DNA from: Sphagnum compactum
Taxonomy: Eukaryota
Assembly: GCA_965153455.1 (NCBI GenBank)
Contig: OZ234493.1
Location: 4,340,001 to 4,404,000 of the forward strand
Length of the DNA stretch: 64,000 bases
Reading direction: 5' to 3'
The position numbers and the translations under genes were made by a program. Shown here one piece after another: positions 63,635 through 64,000 of this stretch (position 1 is the stretch's first letter; each line of letters begins with the position of its first letter). Under the pieces are notes generated by a model. It was not told where the DNA came from and did not search any database. It saw nothing but the letters and a program-made list of their open reading frames with translations.

Positions 63635-63850
63635 GACAAGAGCATGGGTTTTGATGCAAGAACCCAATCAAAGTACAGACTGATAACCTCATAACAGACT
63701 TCCATTAAATCATATATCATGTTCACATTCAAGCCATAATGAGAAAAGCATTGGTTTGGATGCAAGAATTGATCGAAGAACTGACAGACAACCTCATAAG
63801 AGACTTCCACCAAATCATACATATCGTGTTAAACATCCAAGCCACAAGTT
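63635..63850 (+). repeat. Diverged tandem duplication of about 107 bp
   Basis: gatgcaagaa...aacctcataa.agacttcca..aaatcata...caagcca occurs twice. Confidence 0.8.
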
Positions 63851-64000
63851 TAGAAGAACAAAGGTTTTGATTGAATCATGCAATTAAAAAAAAAACTACT
63901 AGATTTCCACCTGAACTTAGCATTCAATGTTTCAAGAAAACTCCAGTTACAAGAGCAGCAATTGCATTTGTCTGATTCACACAAATTCAGCTGCCAATTT

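Overview
Intron-rich, AT-rich nuclear DNA from a land plant. It is most likely a seed-free plant or moss, and Sphagnum-like by inference from a flagellar gene and the repeat landscape. Five intact multi-exon genes are present: INO80 (-), a plastid-type M17 leucine aminopeptidase (+), ASF1 (+), a URH1/NSH1-type nucleoside hydrolase (+) and a ceQORH-like quinone oxidoreductase (+). There is also a BBOF1/CCDC176-like basal-body gene (-) that may be decaying at its 5' end, and probably the 3' end of an unidentified gene at the right edge. Intergenic DNA holds hAT- and pogo-like transposase relics (the pogo relic is split by a 2.6 kb TIR element), a psbD/psbC plastid insertion, Helitron-like elements and many small tandem repeats. 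The most striking structure is the nucleoside hydrolase gene bracketed by two related, same-orientation Helitron-like elements. The upstream element carries a 40-bp palindromic tandem array with 120-bp higher-order periodicity next to the gene's probable first exon. All calls were made by eye; no database searches were run.
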